Below are positions 14,228-25,290 of a stretch of 64,000 nt of DNA, piece by piece. The DNA is taken from the NCBI RefSeq assembly GCF_001194135.2, contig NC_068999.1:31973597-32037596 (forward strand), read 5' to 3'. The DNA is from Octopus bimaculoides. Lineage: Eukaryota. The position numbers and the translations under genes were made by a program. The notes beneath the pieces were generated by a model. The model was not told the DNA's origin and searched no databases. It saw only the letters and a list, made by a program, of their open reading frames with translations. Within the stretch, counting starts at the first letter, position 1; each line of letters starts with the position of its first letter.

Positions 14228-14790
14228 CTTCTTCTTCTTCTTCTTCTTCTTCTTCTTCTTCTTCTTCTTCTTCTTCTTCTTCTTCTTCTCCTCCTCCTCC
14301 TCCTCCTTCTTCTCCTCTCCTCCTCCTCCTCCTCCTCTTTCCCTTCCTCCATCCTTTTCCTCCTTCATCTCCTCCTCCTCCTCTTTCCCTTCCTCCATCC
14401 TCTTCCTCCTTCATCTCCTCCTACTTCTCCCCTTCCCTTCCTCCATCTTCTTCCTCCTCCTTCTCCTCCTCCACCTCCTCTTTNNNNNNNNNNNNNNNNN
14501 NNNNNNNNNNNNNNNNNNNNNNNNNNNNNNNNNNNNNNNNNNNNNNNNNNNNNNNNNNNNNNNNNNNNNNNNNNNNNNNNNNNNNNNNNNNNNNNNNNNN
14601 NNNNNNNNNNNNNNNNNNNNNNNNNNNNNNNNNNNNNNNNNNNNNNNNNNNNNNNNNNNNNNNNNNNNNNNNNNNNNNNNNNNNNNNNNNNNNNNNNNNN
14701 NNNNNNNNNNNNNNNNNNNNNNNNNNNNNNNNNNNNNNNNNNNNNNNNNCTCTCTCTCTCTCTCTCTCTCACTTTCTCCCCCCCCCTCTC
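14228..14790. repeat. (CTT)n/(CCT)n polypyrimidine tract around an N gap
   Basis: Direct reading; accounts for the poly-E/K/G ORFs. Confidence 0.95.
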
Positions 14791-14989
14791 AATTGGATAC
14801 TTGGCAAATTGATGATGGAATCATCTAAAGACGCACCCACTTCATGCCAGAATGGAATGGAATTTAGCAACAAAAATACTGGTTTGAGGGGAATGATGGT
14901 AGTGTGGTGGTACTAGTGGTGGTGATTGTAGTGGTGTAGTAGTAGTAATAGTATTGGTGACAGCGGGCTGATTATGGTGATGTAATAGT

Positions 14990-15084
14990 AGCTGTACTGG
15001 TTGTGGTAGCAGAGTTAATAATGATGTTGTTATTGGTTATGGAAGTAACAATGATGATGATGGTGATGATGATGGTGATGGTGG

Positions 15085-15123
<39 letters not shown>

Positions 15124-15145
15124 CAGTTTTGTTGTTGTTGCTGTT
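14990..15145. repeat. (GAT/GGT/GTT)n trinucleotide repeat
   Basis: Direct reading. Confidence 0.9.
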
Positions 15146-16125
15146 TTCTAAATCCATTAGAGCAGTAGGTTGGCTGAATCATTAGAGGAGAATCAGATAA
15201 AATACCTAACAGAATTTTTTCTTCTAGCTCTCCACATTCTTAGTTCAGATCCGGCCAGAGTCAGTTTTGTCTTTCTTCCCACCAGGATAAATAAAGTACT
15301 TATCAAATACAACTGGACTCAATGGTATTGACTAATGACTCCCCACTCCATGTCTTAAAATGACTGACCCCGTTTCTAAATTAAAAGCTATTGCTGACCC
15401 TGTTTCTAAATTAAAAAACATCCATCAGTTATGCTTATTAAGACAGTATTGCATCTAACTAGGGATATCAGGTTTAGGTGAGAACACATATAAAGTGGAC
15501 AATAAGACCAATCATATTTAGGGCATACTGTATTACAATATGTAACTAGATTGTCTTAACATGTCTTAGTTAGGGGAGAACACATATCATGCAGTGGATA
15601 GTAAAACCATGCATTGTTATAATGTTCTATATAGTGTATATATGTATATACAGGTTTTTGGTATGTGTCTGTATTACTAAATGTGTATGTATTTTTACGA
15701 TGCTAGTTTTTGTAAATGTTTTTATTTTAAACAGACATATCGTTTTAATTAATTTAAATTTATTTTACCATTAATTAATTTACCCTGGGTATATAGATTA
15801 TTGAAAAGACCATTAGTTGAAAGGACCAATGAAACAAAACTATTTTAAACATGTATCTTTCAACATAATTGTGTATTTATACATATAACCCTATTACGGG
15901 AAAATGAAACTCTGAGTAACAGTTTTTGTGATGTCTTTGCAGCTTTATCAATAAAGTATATATATGTTATATATTATATATATAGTAAATGAAATTTCAG
16001 TAAATTTCCATATCTTTCTGCAGCTGAGGATTGCTCTGCATTTTACATTTCATGTAATGTTCACATTACTTAAATAAAGTCACATGAAACGATCGTACTG
16101 CATTAACTTTGGATATCCTTCTTGC

Positions 16126-16173
<48 letters not shown>

Positions 16174-16229
16174 NNNNNNNNNNATATAATATATATAATA
16201 TATATATAATATATAATATATATATATAT

Positions 16230-16299
<70 letters not shown>

Positions 16300-16300
<1 letters not shown>

Positions 16301-17210
16301 TGGCTGGTCTATGGGGTTACCTTGGGTTTCACATCCATGAAGTGCTTAGCTTTACACCGTTTCTTCAGACCCTAAAGCTGTTGGCCTCTCTAGCAAGTGG
16401 CCTCTCTAGAAAATGGAGGAGGAAAAGACTTCATTAACCTGTCAACAACAAGGGATTGTCTCCTTTTGACTGCTGTTCATAATTGATCCTGTTGGCATAT
16501 GGATCGCAGGACACCAGCAGGAATTTCCTAAAATGCAAGCAGGGTCTGAAGAGGGCGCCCTTTGATATCCTCATCTGTTTCAGTATGCACAGTTCACAAC
16601 ACTTAGTCTCATTTATGTAGGGGCCTGGATTTTCTATGATTTTCCATGATATTATTAATACATGTAGAGTTCCATTGTCTTTCAGCTGCCATACATGGTT
16701 AGCTAAGAACGTAGGTTTTTGAACACGATGGGTGGGTGGCAGGAGGCTGTGTTGTTGTATATCAGCTTCTAATTTGGTTTGTGGTAGGGCCTGTATGTAC
16801 CAGAGCTCAAGTCTAAGAAGCCTGCAGTGGTGAGATTGGCCTAGATAGTAATTTTCAGTCCCATGGAGCCACGGATGTTAATTAGATTTTTCGTAAGTCT
16901 GTCTAGAGATGGCCAGGGTGTCATCTCTGTAGAGACAAAAAAGGACAGAGGGAACTTCTTAAGAGCATCAAGGATATACAACCCGATAAGGTTGCATACA
17001 TCAGCGCTATAATCATTGCTACATCAAAAGAACCTACAGGGTCAGATTACTTGACCCAGGTCTAACCTTTATTGGACAGCACTGTTTTCCTGGCATGCAT
17101 AATGACATTTATGTCCCTGTCGCTAATATCAGTGAAGCCCCTAGCGAAGGAAAGTGTCTTGACCAGTAACTCTTTCAATATAGATGGGTAAAATCAACTA
17201 TGTCAAACTG
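16300..17210 (-). mobile_element. Internally deleted Penelope-like element
   Basis: Minus translation gives FDIVDFYPSI.KELLVK, GSFDVAM, YRDD, FLDLSSGTYRPYHKPN..HPPI, then jumps to LANHVWQLKDNG..ISWKII..CELC (GIY-YIG C-terminus). Abuts (TAGA)n/(TA)n. Confidence 0.85.
16314..16372 (-). ncRNA. Minimal type I hammerhead ribozyme in the PLE 3' region
   Basis: Minus strand GGGT-CTGAAGA-A-ACG..TGT-GAAA-CC-CAA-GG-TA-ACCC: canonical core, stem I GGGT/ACCC, stem III ACC/GGT, GUA cleavage triplet. Confidence 0.75.
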
Positions 17211-17384
17211 GTGAACCTTGCTCTGCTTCTCCCCTTGTTGGTACTAAATCATACAATCACTTTGTTGATGCTACACCATAGAGAGAGGTTGGTGGCTATC
17301 CTTATGTTGTTGATGTTCCTCAGTATGTGTTTGCTCCCCAGACTGATCTGATAAATGTGAGACTGATCATAAATAAGACATACT

Positions 17385-17720
17385 CATGTGTGGTAAGAAA
17401 TTTGCTTCTTGACCACATGTTTCTGGTTTCAGTCCCACTGCACCTTGGGCAAATGTCTTCTACTCTAGCCTTGGACCAACCAAAGCCTTATGAGTGGATT
17501 TGGTAAACAGAAACTGAAAGAAGTTTGACGTATATATATGCATGTATATATGTGTTTGTGCCTGTATATACCCCATCACCACTTAACAACTGGTGTTGGT
17601 GTGTTTATATCTTCATAACTTAGCAGTTTGGCAAAAGATACTGATAGAATAAGTACCAGGTTTAAAAAAAAAAAATAATAATAATAAGTACTGAGGTTGA
17701 TTCATTCACAATCTAATAAA
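17385..17720 (+). mobile_element. tRNA-derived SINE family A
   Basis: GTGTGGTAAGAAATTTGC..GGTTTCAGTCCCACTG..CCTTGGGCAAATGTCTTCTACT..GAAACTGAAAGAAG. Confidence 0.85.
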
Positions 17721-17857
17721 TGGACCAAGTAAAAGATAAGAGAAATATATTTCAAATGCAGTATAGCTGTGGGAGCAGCAGAAAGATTGGGCATTTACCA
17801 TTATAAGATGGAAAAAGTTGCCAGCAGTTGGCAACTGTTTATATGTATATATATATA

Positions 17858-18105
17858 TAGGGAGAATTCACAAAAAAACAAAAGACGAAGACAGGTGGTG
17901 AAGACAACAAACCGATGTATTAGTTTAACACTCGGGAAGTGAAAAAGTCTTTAACGTTTCGAGCCTACGCTCTTCCACAGAAAGGAACACAGAAAGAAAC
18001 AAGGAGGGAAAATAAAGAATGTGTAGTGACTAGCGATCTATCATGGCGAATGCCAGACAGAGGGGTCACACAGGAGAGCTAGGAAGAAGGGGTGATAATA
18101 AAATT
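17858..18105 (-). mobile_element. Short repeat between (TA)n tracts, probable PLE terminal-repeat fragment
   Basis: Non-coding, (TA)n-flanked, and carries a hammerhead-like fold at 17949-17984. Confidence 0.45.
17949..17984 (-). ncRNA. Hammerhead-like motif with variant core
   Basis: CTTT-CTGTGGA-A-GAGC-GTAG-GCTC-GAAA-CG-TT-AAAG: stems I and II are perfect 4 bp, stem III is palindromic; the core has A6U plus an extra A. Confidence 0.45.
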
Positions 18106-18794
18106 ATATATATATATATATATATGTTGTTGTACTTGGGGATGGTCATATTGCCACTTTAGCCAATAAAAACACACGCACTGTATATTTGGTGTTAATT
18201 TGCTTCAGCTTTATATTACATTANNNNNNNNNNNNNNNNNNNNNNNNNNNNNNNNNNNNNNNNNNNNNNNNNNNNNNNNNNNNNNNNNNNNNNNNNNNNN
18301 NNNNNNNNNNNNNNNNNNNNNNNNNNNNNNNNNNNNNNNNNNNNNNNNNNNNNNNNNNNNNNNNNNNNNNNNNNNNNNNNNNNNNNNNNNNNNNNNNNNN
18401 NNNNNNNNNNNNNNNNNNNNNNNNNNNNNNNNNNNNNNNNNNNNNNNNNNNNNNNNNNNNNNNNNNNNNNNNNNNNNNNNNNNNNNNNNNNNNNNNNNNN
18501 NNNNNNNNNNNNNNNNNNNNNNNNNNNNNNNNNNNNNNNNNNNNNNNNNNNNNNNNNNNNNNNNNNNNNNNNNNNNNNNNNNNNNNNNNNNNNNNNNNNN
18601 NNNNNNNNNNNNNNNNNNNNNNNNNNNNNNNNNNNNNNNNNNNNNNNNNNNNNNNNNNNNNNNNNNNNNNNNNNNNTATATATATAGTTTCAAAAAAACA
18701 CAAAAAACAATAACAAAAAAAACAACAAAGTGAGGATGTGATACGGATAGTGTTATTGGACGCTCGGGAAAGGAAGGAGATATGATATGTGTAG

Positions 18795-18964
18795 CTGTGT
18801 GGTAAGAAGCTTGCTTCCCAACCACATGTGTGGCATCTTGGGCAAATATTTACTACTATAGTGTTGGGCTGACCAAAGCCTAGTGAGAGGGTTTGGTAGA
18901 CAGAAACTGAAAGAAGTGTGTGTGTGTGTATGTGTGTGTGTATGTGTGTGTGTGTGTGTGTATG

Positions 18965-19008
<44 letters not shown>

Positions 19009-19195
19009 TTTGAGTCTGTGTTTTTCCCCACCATTGCTTGACAACCAGTGCTGGTGTGTTTACATCCCTGCAATTAAACGGTTTGGCAAAAGAGACCAAT
19101 AGAATAAGTATCAGGCTTAAAAATCATAAATAAGCACCAAGAGTGCCCCAGCATGGCCACAATCTAATGACTGAAACAAGTAAAAGATAAAAGAT
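18795..19195 (+). mobile_element. tRNA-derived SINE family A
   Basis: AGCTGTGTGGTAAGAAGCTTGCTTCCCAACCACATG..TTGGGCAAA..ATGACTGAAACAAGTAAAAGATA. Confidence 0.85.
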
Positions 19196-19479
19196 ACATA
19201 TAATATAGCTGTAACTTAGATGGAAGGGTCGACATGCACTATTTTCTATTTTTGTTAAATTTTACTCTTAATTCACCTGAGGAAAACGTTTTTTTTTTTG
19301 CATGGTGTAACATTTTTGTTCATCAATAAAGAACGTGTCTGAAATAGCTGTAGTGAACCTCAACCAATCTGTGTTATTGCTTATATATATATAAAATGGT
19401 ATTGACCAGGTTATCGGATGTTGTAATACATTGCTGGTTACAGTGCACTTCACATTGCTTTTACCTTTGGCTGATGCCA

Positions 19480-19690
19480 TTCTACTGACCAGACAAGTAA
19501 GCCAACATTTCCCTTCATCTGACAACTATTCCAGTGCAGGATTGCCCATTTACAGCTGAGTGGACTGAAGTAAAAGGAAATGAAGTGTTTTACTCAAGAA
19601 CACAATGTACCACCTGGTTCTGGAATCAAACCCACAATCTAGCAATCTTCAGTGCAACCTCCTAACTATTAGGCCATGTGTCTTAACACA
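19480..19690 (-). mobile_element. tRNA-derived SINE family C
   Basis: Minus strand CATGGCCTAATAGTTAGG..GGTTTGATTCC..TTGTGTTCTTGAGTAAAACACTTCATTTCC..CAGTCCACTCAGCTGTAAATGGG; related to 43152-43385. Confidence 0.7.
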
Positions 19691-19840
19691 CTCACACATA
19701 CACACACACATATATATACATACCCACGTGTGTGTGTGTGTGTGTGTGTGTAAGAGGTCCAATGAAAACGATGACTTCGAAGTAACCATCAACCTTTTCC
19801 TGATAAAATTGTTACGAATATATATCCATACATACATATA

Positions 19841-20057
19841 TGAGAGGAAGCTGAAAAGTTCCTGGTTTTAAGTAAAAGAAAATACAGAAGGATCAGTTAA
19901 TTATGATTTTATTCAACGTATTTCCTTCTCAGATTTACATACTTATTGCAACAGTCCTTCAGTTTTTCTAAGACCTGTAAAAGGACTCAAGCAGTTGGGT
20001 CTCCAGCCAGGCCTTTTGTGATACTCTTAAAGCCAGGAACTTTTCAGCAACCCTTCA
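19841..20057. mobile_element. Mariner-type MITE, about 217 bp, TA target site
   Basis: TIRs TGAGAGGAAGCTGAAAAGTTCCTGGTTTTAAG and CTTAAAGCCAGGAACTTTTCAGCAACCCTTCA, each flanked by TA. Confidence 0.85.
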
Positions 20058-20131
20058 TATGTGTGTGGTGTGCATGTGTGTGAATGTGTGTGTGGACATG
20101 TGCATGAAACAAGCATAGAACGTAATCACTT

Positions 20132-20170
<39 letters not shown>

Positions 20171-20184
20171 GATATCAACTCCAT

Positions 20185-20257
<73 letters not shown>

Positions 20258-20784
20258 ATATTCTAAGGAATGCCTCACAGAAATATGATAGTTCATAAAG
20301 TATTTGAACACTCTAATCCTATTTCACTAATTTTTTTTTCATTTTTTTTTTTATGCTCCACTTTTCTTCTCTTCTTATTTTTGTTTTTTAAATCAATTAA
20401 ATTAATTAAAAGATGCTTTGTACAACATTTATCTTCGAAAAAACTTGACTATGTTATTCAATCTCCTTAATCCTGAAAACTACCAAATTCCAATCTAATT
20501 TTACCGTATTCTGTTGTCTTTTTCTCTTTGTTTAAAAGCTTTTTATTTTTAAACCACTCCTTTTAGCAGAATATAAAGAACTTTAATTAATTATCATTGT
20601 TTGTTTGTTTGTTTCTCACATTATAGTTTTATTTTTGTTTTTTTAATTTTTATTTTTATTTCTTTGTTTCTGTCCTCTGAACTGAAACCAAATCAAAGCA
20701 GAATTGACTTTATATTAAGTTTATAATTTTGGAATTAATGAATATTTAAATGGTCAAATAAGCTTCTGTTCTGCTATATTTGGT

Positions 20785-20854
20785 TCATTTGATAAAACAA
20801 TAGTTGATGCAGCGTCTGACATTACAGATCAACACTGCTGTCTCTATGACCACT
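20785..20854 (-). CDS. Candidate terminal coding exon, unknown gene
   Basis: Acceptor ttttagtatattttttaacag|A. Joined to 21702-21757 it reads ..ELRVVIETAVLICNVRRCINYCFIK*, or ..RTESGHRDSSVDL* in the other register. Confidence 0.35.
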
Positions 20855-21394
20855 CTGTTAAAAAATATACTAAAATTAAAGATATTTAACAGAAGTTAGA
20901 CAACAAATGTATTAATGTATTTATGAAATAAACCTCATTAAAGAGAAAATCCAGAAATGGTCCAGGAATAAAAAAAGAAACGATGACAACAAAATAACAA
21001 ACAAATGTACAAGGTAATTAATTTTATACTGTAAAGAAAGACAAGAGGAAAGTTCAAAGATTTAGGCACTTGTCTTTGGTCAGGAAACATTAAAGAGAGG
21101 GGAAAAATGATGAAAGAAGAGAAGAGAAAAAATGTTGTTTAAATACAAGCTAGAATTGGTGTTTCTTTGACTGGAATCAAGTACTTGACATTTTTAATCT
21201 TGTTTATTTGTAATTTCTTACTAGACAAACATGTGTTAACAAGCATGCGTATTAAAACACATACACCTAGCTTCATACACACACACACATATACACATAT
21301 ATGTATGTGTGTGTGTGCATATATGAGTGTACATACACACACACTTATGCATGGCCATAATAAGATATAAGATTAACGGTGATCATAGTGATGC

Positions 21395-21545
21395 ACAAAG
21401 GCTATGACTCCAAGTTTCATGCAAAGCAGAGGCTTACCCTCTTCAGATGAGCACATTACAGATGTAAGTCAAACAGTGCCTCATAATATACCCAGTATAG
21501 AGGACTGCTTTGTCTGGAACTCAGGATCATGATCATTGTTTGTTA
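21395..21545 (-). mobile_element. Degenerate SINE family C fragment
   Basis: ..ACTGCTTTGTCTGGAACTCAGGATCATGATC.. resembles the reversed SINE C head and core. Confidence 0.4.
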
Positions 21546-21701
21546 AGTATAATTGTAATTACACAATATTAATCACTCTTACTATGTATAGATGAATAAA
21601 GATGAATGCTCTTGTTTTGTGACTAAGAGCCACAACTTATCAGATATGAATGCACATATCTGAGTGAGTGTATGTGTGTGTGTATATGCATGTTATTTTA
21701 C

Positions 21702-21757
21702 CTCAGTTCTGTTGGTCCTGTCTCTTGGTGCCTTATTCCGTGGTATTTTCCTTTGAC
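21702..21757 (-). CDS. Candidate internal exon (56 nt), unknown gene
   Basis: Acceptor cctgttttaaaagcag|G and donor CTGAG|gtaaaa. Open as VKGKYHGIRHQETGPTEL or GQRKIPRNKAPRDRTNRTE; both registers are phase-compatible with the 20854 exon. Confidence 0.4.
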
Positions 21758-22015
21758 CTGCTTTTAAAACAGGGGTTAGATATTCAGAATACAGGAGCAG
21801 ATGATAAAAACGATAGATCAGCTAATTATTATACAATCTCAAATGAAAAATACAGTACAACAAAATATGCCCAGCATGTTACACATGCAGAAAATGTTTC
21901 CACTATAAAAATAACGTGTGTGTGTGTGTGTTGTGTGTGTGTGTGTGTGTGTGTGCGTGTGTGTGTGTGCGTGTGCACGTGTGCACATCTGAGTGTATGT
22001 GTGTGTGACAGAGAG

Positions 22016-22049
<34 letters not shown>

Positions 22050-22964
22050 GTTTATTCTCCAACACAGTTTGAAATTCTTTCCTTCCACAATACTCGAGAG
22101 ATTTTTGTGACATGGGTTCATTGTTTGAGGCATAAATCATGTCTGTCCATAAATTGAGTGTACCAGCTGCTTGACACTTCAAATTTTATGCATGTCAGTT
22201 TGTTAATGATTAGTAAAGTTTAAAGACTAATAGTTTCCCATGTAACAATATAATCATTGGAACACAATTCTAAAATCTCCTCTTCAACCTGGTTGCCATG
22301 TCATCATATGGTACCAATACAGTTCTGTGCTTTATGATAGTGCACAATGAACATTTGTGAGTTTGTCTTCTTTTGATCTACAGTTATTCATTCCCCCACC
22401 CCTCGTCTGTAATAGCAGTCTGCTACTTGACTGCATAGTTTGAGTTATGTTTAAATGCCGTCAATGAAATACAAACAGAAATTGCCATCAAATCATTATT
22501 TTCAGCTTGAATTTCTCATCATAGAAGTTTCTCTTTCTCTTTTGCAATGGGATACTGGGATGGATGTACAGTTTCTAAGCTAATGAAGAACAACAGTTAT
22601 ATTTTTATTGACTAATGATCAATGCAAACTTAAAGTATAAAGACTAATTACATTAACTTTTTATTGCATCTCAATTGTCATTCTTCATATTAAATAGTCC
22701 TATCAGCCAATGACTGCAAGCATAAGTTTAACCACAACAACCACATATTGATGTATGGTGAGAAAATGTTTGGCTGGGACAGAAGTTTTGAAACCATTTT
22801 GTTTGAATATTCAATGCTTGCAATACTCAGTAATGTCAAACATTAAGGGGGAATGTTTGCTCAGATTATCAAATAATGAAATACAGCGGGTCAAAAGCTT
22901 GGGAGAAACAAAAGTAGCTGATTAAAACATTCATATATCTATTTTTCTTTGATATTTTATTTTC

Positions 22965-23165
22965 CAAGGCAGCTAGCTAGCACATATATTTACCACACCA
23001 GACAAAATGCTGCTAAGCATTTTGCCCATTTCAGTGAGTAGATTCCACCGAGTTCATCTGTGCCATTCATCCTTTTTGGGTTGATGAAATAAGAGCACTG
23101 GGGTTGATGCATTCAACAAAGCTCCCCACCAAAGTTTCAGGTCTTGTACTTCTTGTAGAAAGGAA
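22965..23165 (+). mobile_element. tRNA-derived SINE family B
   Basis: AGGCAGCTAGCTAG..GAGTAGATTCCACCGAG..CCATTCATCCTTTTTGGGTTGATGAAATAAG; related copies at 23.3 and 58.0 kb. Confidence 0.65.
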
Positions 23166-23304
23166 TATTTTATCTTTCTTGTAATAACAGGTCTGTGAAC
23201 GAAAAAAAAATTATATATCTGGAAAGCGTAGTTTTGCTTGAAAACAAATCGATGTCATTAACTGCAACATTATCGTTATCATCATATACTTCATTCCTTA
23301 ATGT

Positions 23305-23520
23305 ATTGGTTTCAAATTTTGGCACAACGCCAGCAGTTTTGAAAGTAGCGGGTAAGTCAATTTCATCTGCTTCAGTACCCAGTTGCCACTTATTTTATTG
23401 ACCCAAAAGGTTAAAATGCAAAGTCAACCTCAGTAGAAATTGAACTCATATTTAAAACTGAACAAAATCCCATTAAGCATTTTGCCAAGTGTGCTAATGA
23501 TTCTGCTAGCTGGCCACTTT
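23305..23520 (-). mobile_element. tRNA-derived SINE family B
   Basis: Minus strand GTGGCCAGCTAGCAGAATCATTAG..GAGTTCAATTTCTACTGAGGTTGACTTTGCATTT..GGGTCAATAAAATAAG. Confidence 0.7.
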
Positions 23521-23728
23521 ACTACATTCCTTAATGTATAAAACACATATTTAAATGTGTTTTATTTTATTACTAAACTACCCTGCAGAATATATCTAAA
23601 GATGTTTAGCCAATATTGTGTATATAGACAGATGTAAATACTTCATCTTAGTACATTCATCATTAATGCATATTCTCTTTGTGTTATGTTGTGGTATCAG
23701 AAACACTGCTTACAAAATCTTCTGTTAC

Positions 23729-23831
23729 TTAGGACTTGATGAAATCTGACCACAAGAATTGAAACTAGCTCGGTCTTTGTGTTTAACACCACCACCTGGT
23801 CCTTGTGTCAAAAAGCTAAAAGTTGTCCATT
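23729..23831 (-). CDS. Weak candidate exon, unknown gene
   Basis: ttaattaattag|AA ... CCTAA|gtaaca; open frame WTTFSFLTQGPGGGVKHKDRASFNSCGQISSSP in unique sequence. Confidence 0.25.
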
Positions 23832-24447
23832 CTAATTAATTAACATGTCCTCATTTAATACAACTAGGCAACTATGATAACAACCCACTTTACCATTAGA
23901 AATATGTATGTTAACATATTTGCATTAGACCATCAAAATATCTCATGGTTTTCTCATGGAAAGATACAAGATGGTAATGGTGATGGCGGTGATATGGCTG
24001 TTGTTGTGGTGGTGGTAGTGAGGAGAAGGAGAAGGATACAAACTTTTTACAGAATATATCTCCTGATAATTTACTAAAGTCAGTTTCCAAAAATAGAAGA
24101 AAAAAATAGAATTCTTGCAAAGGTTGAGCAGTCTAAGTGATGTTTTGATAAATTATTGACTACTTGCTCCATTGGATAAACACCATTTTTCGTTTCCTCA
24201 CAAATCATGAAGTTTGCTTAAGAAGATATGGCATCCATTTACGATCTCTTTCCTCTTTATTTTTCTAATTTTTTGCTACCAATTCTTCAGTACAGATTAA
24301 TAAAAGTAGGAAATAATATTTATATATTAACATGCTAAGGTCCAATGTGTGACACTGTCGTGTGATTAATTGAAGAATGAGGTGGAAAAGAAGAAGAGAG
24401 TGAAGAGTAGTGAGAGCAAAGAGAAAAGGATTGCTGTTATAGTATGT

Positions 24448-25290
24448 TATTAAAAGTGTTGATCATCATCAAGTTGGCCTTCTTCCTGTTGATCCTCACT
24501 CGTGTTTCAAGGAATGTATCTGCAGTCTATTTGTCTTATCCTGCATCTGGTTATGATTGTGCAACAAGAGGGCAAGGTCATTAGCATAAGCAAAGTCACA
24601 CAGTCATTTAACTGTGTCCATGGGTTCCATTGTACCCCTTTGCACCTTAACCTTGTAATGGTCTTCCATGATCCAGTCAATGACCAATAGGAACAAGAAG
24701 GGTGATAAAAGACATCCCTGCCAAACTCAGGTCTTAACCTCAAAACTCTGACCACTGAGCTGTGTGAAAACCCCACATGACATACCCTGGATTTCTATAA
24801 TGTCTCAATAGTTTCCAAAGTGTCTCTCTTTCTAAATTGTCAAAGACTTTCTCATAATATATGAAGTTCATGCATAATTGAGAGTTCCACTCCAGTGATT
24901 GTTCTCCAATGATATGCAGTGTGATGGTGTGGTCTGTACTGAATCTGTTCTGTTGGAAGCCTACCTGCTGTTCCTGAAGCATGGAATCCACTGCCACTTC
25001 CATTCTCTCCAATAGAATTTTGACAAGGGCCTTTTCTGATTCTTAAAGAAACATGATTTCTCAATAGTTACCGCAGTTACTAAGGTCTCCTAGCTTGATC
25101 AGGATCAACACCTTTAATATCAACCCAGTCAGAATAGATTGTGAGCCAAAAGGAGGTCAATTCCTTTCCTTACCTCAGTAGCATAATTGATAAACACAGT
25201 AGCACAAAGGGAGATGTCATAATCAGAGTGAGCAAAGCCAAAGCAGAATCACCATTATCAAGAACAATTTGCTCTTCCAGAACATTTGCT
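24448..25290. mobile_element. RTE-clade LINE fragment (SR2/Perere-3-like) with internal inversion
   Basis: Minus 25098-24448: GDLSNCGNY..EQQVGFQQNRF..LWKLLRHY..QGCLLSPFLFLLVIDWIM..MQDKTNRL..MINTFN. Plus 25101-25290 continues INTFNINPVRID..EVNSFPYLSSIIDK..DVIIRVSKAKA. Confidence 0.85.

Noticed and set aside
4030-19195. Recurring tRNA-like A/B-box sequences
   Set aside because: No cloverleaf; they are followed by a shared SINE core and tail, so they are SINE heads and not tRNA genes.
23197-23352. Plus-strand exon-like stretch ending GCGG|GTAAGT
   Set aside because: The donor lies inside a reversed SINE B copy and the peptide is uninformative.
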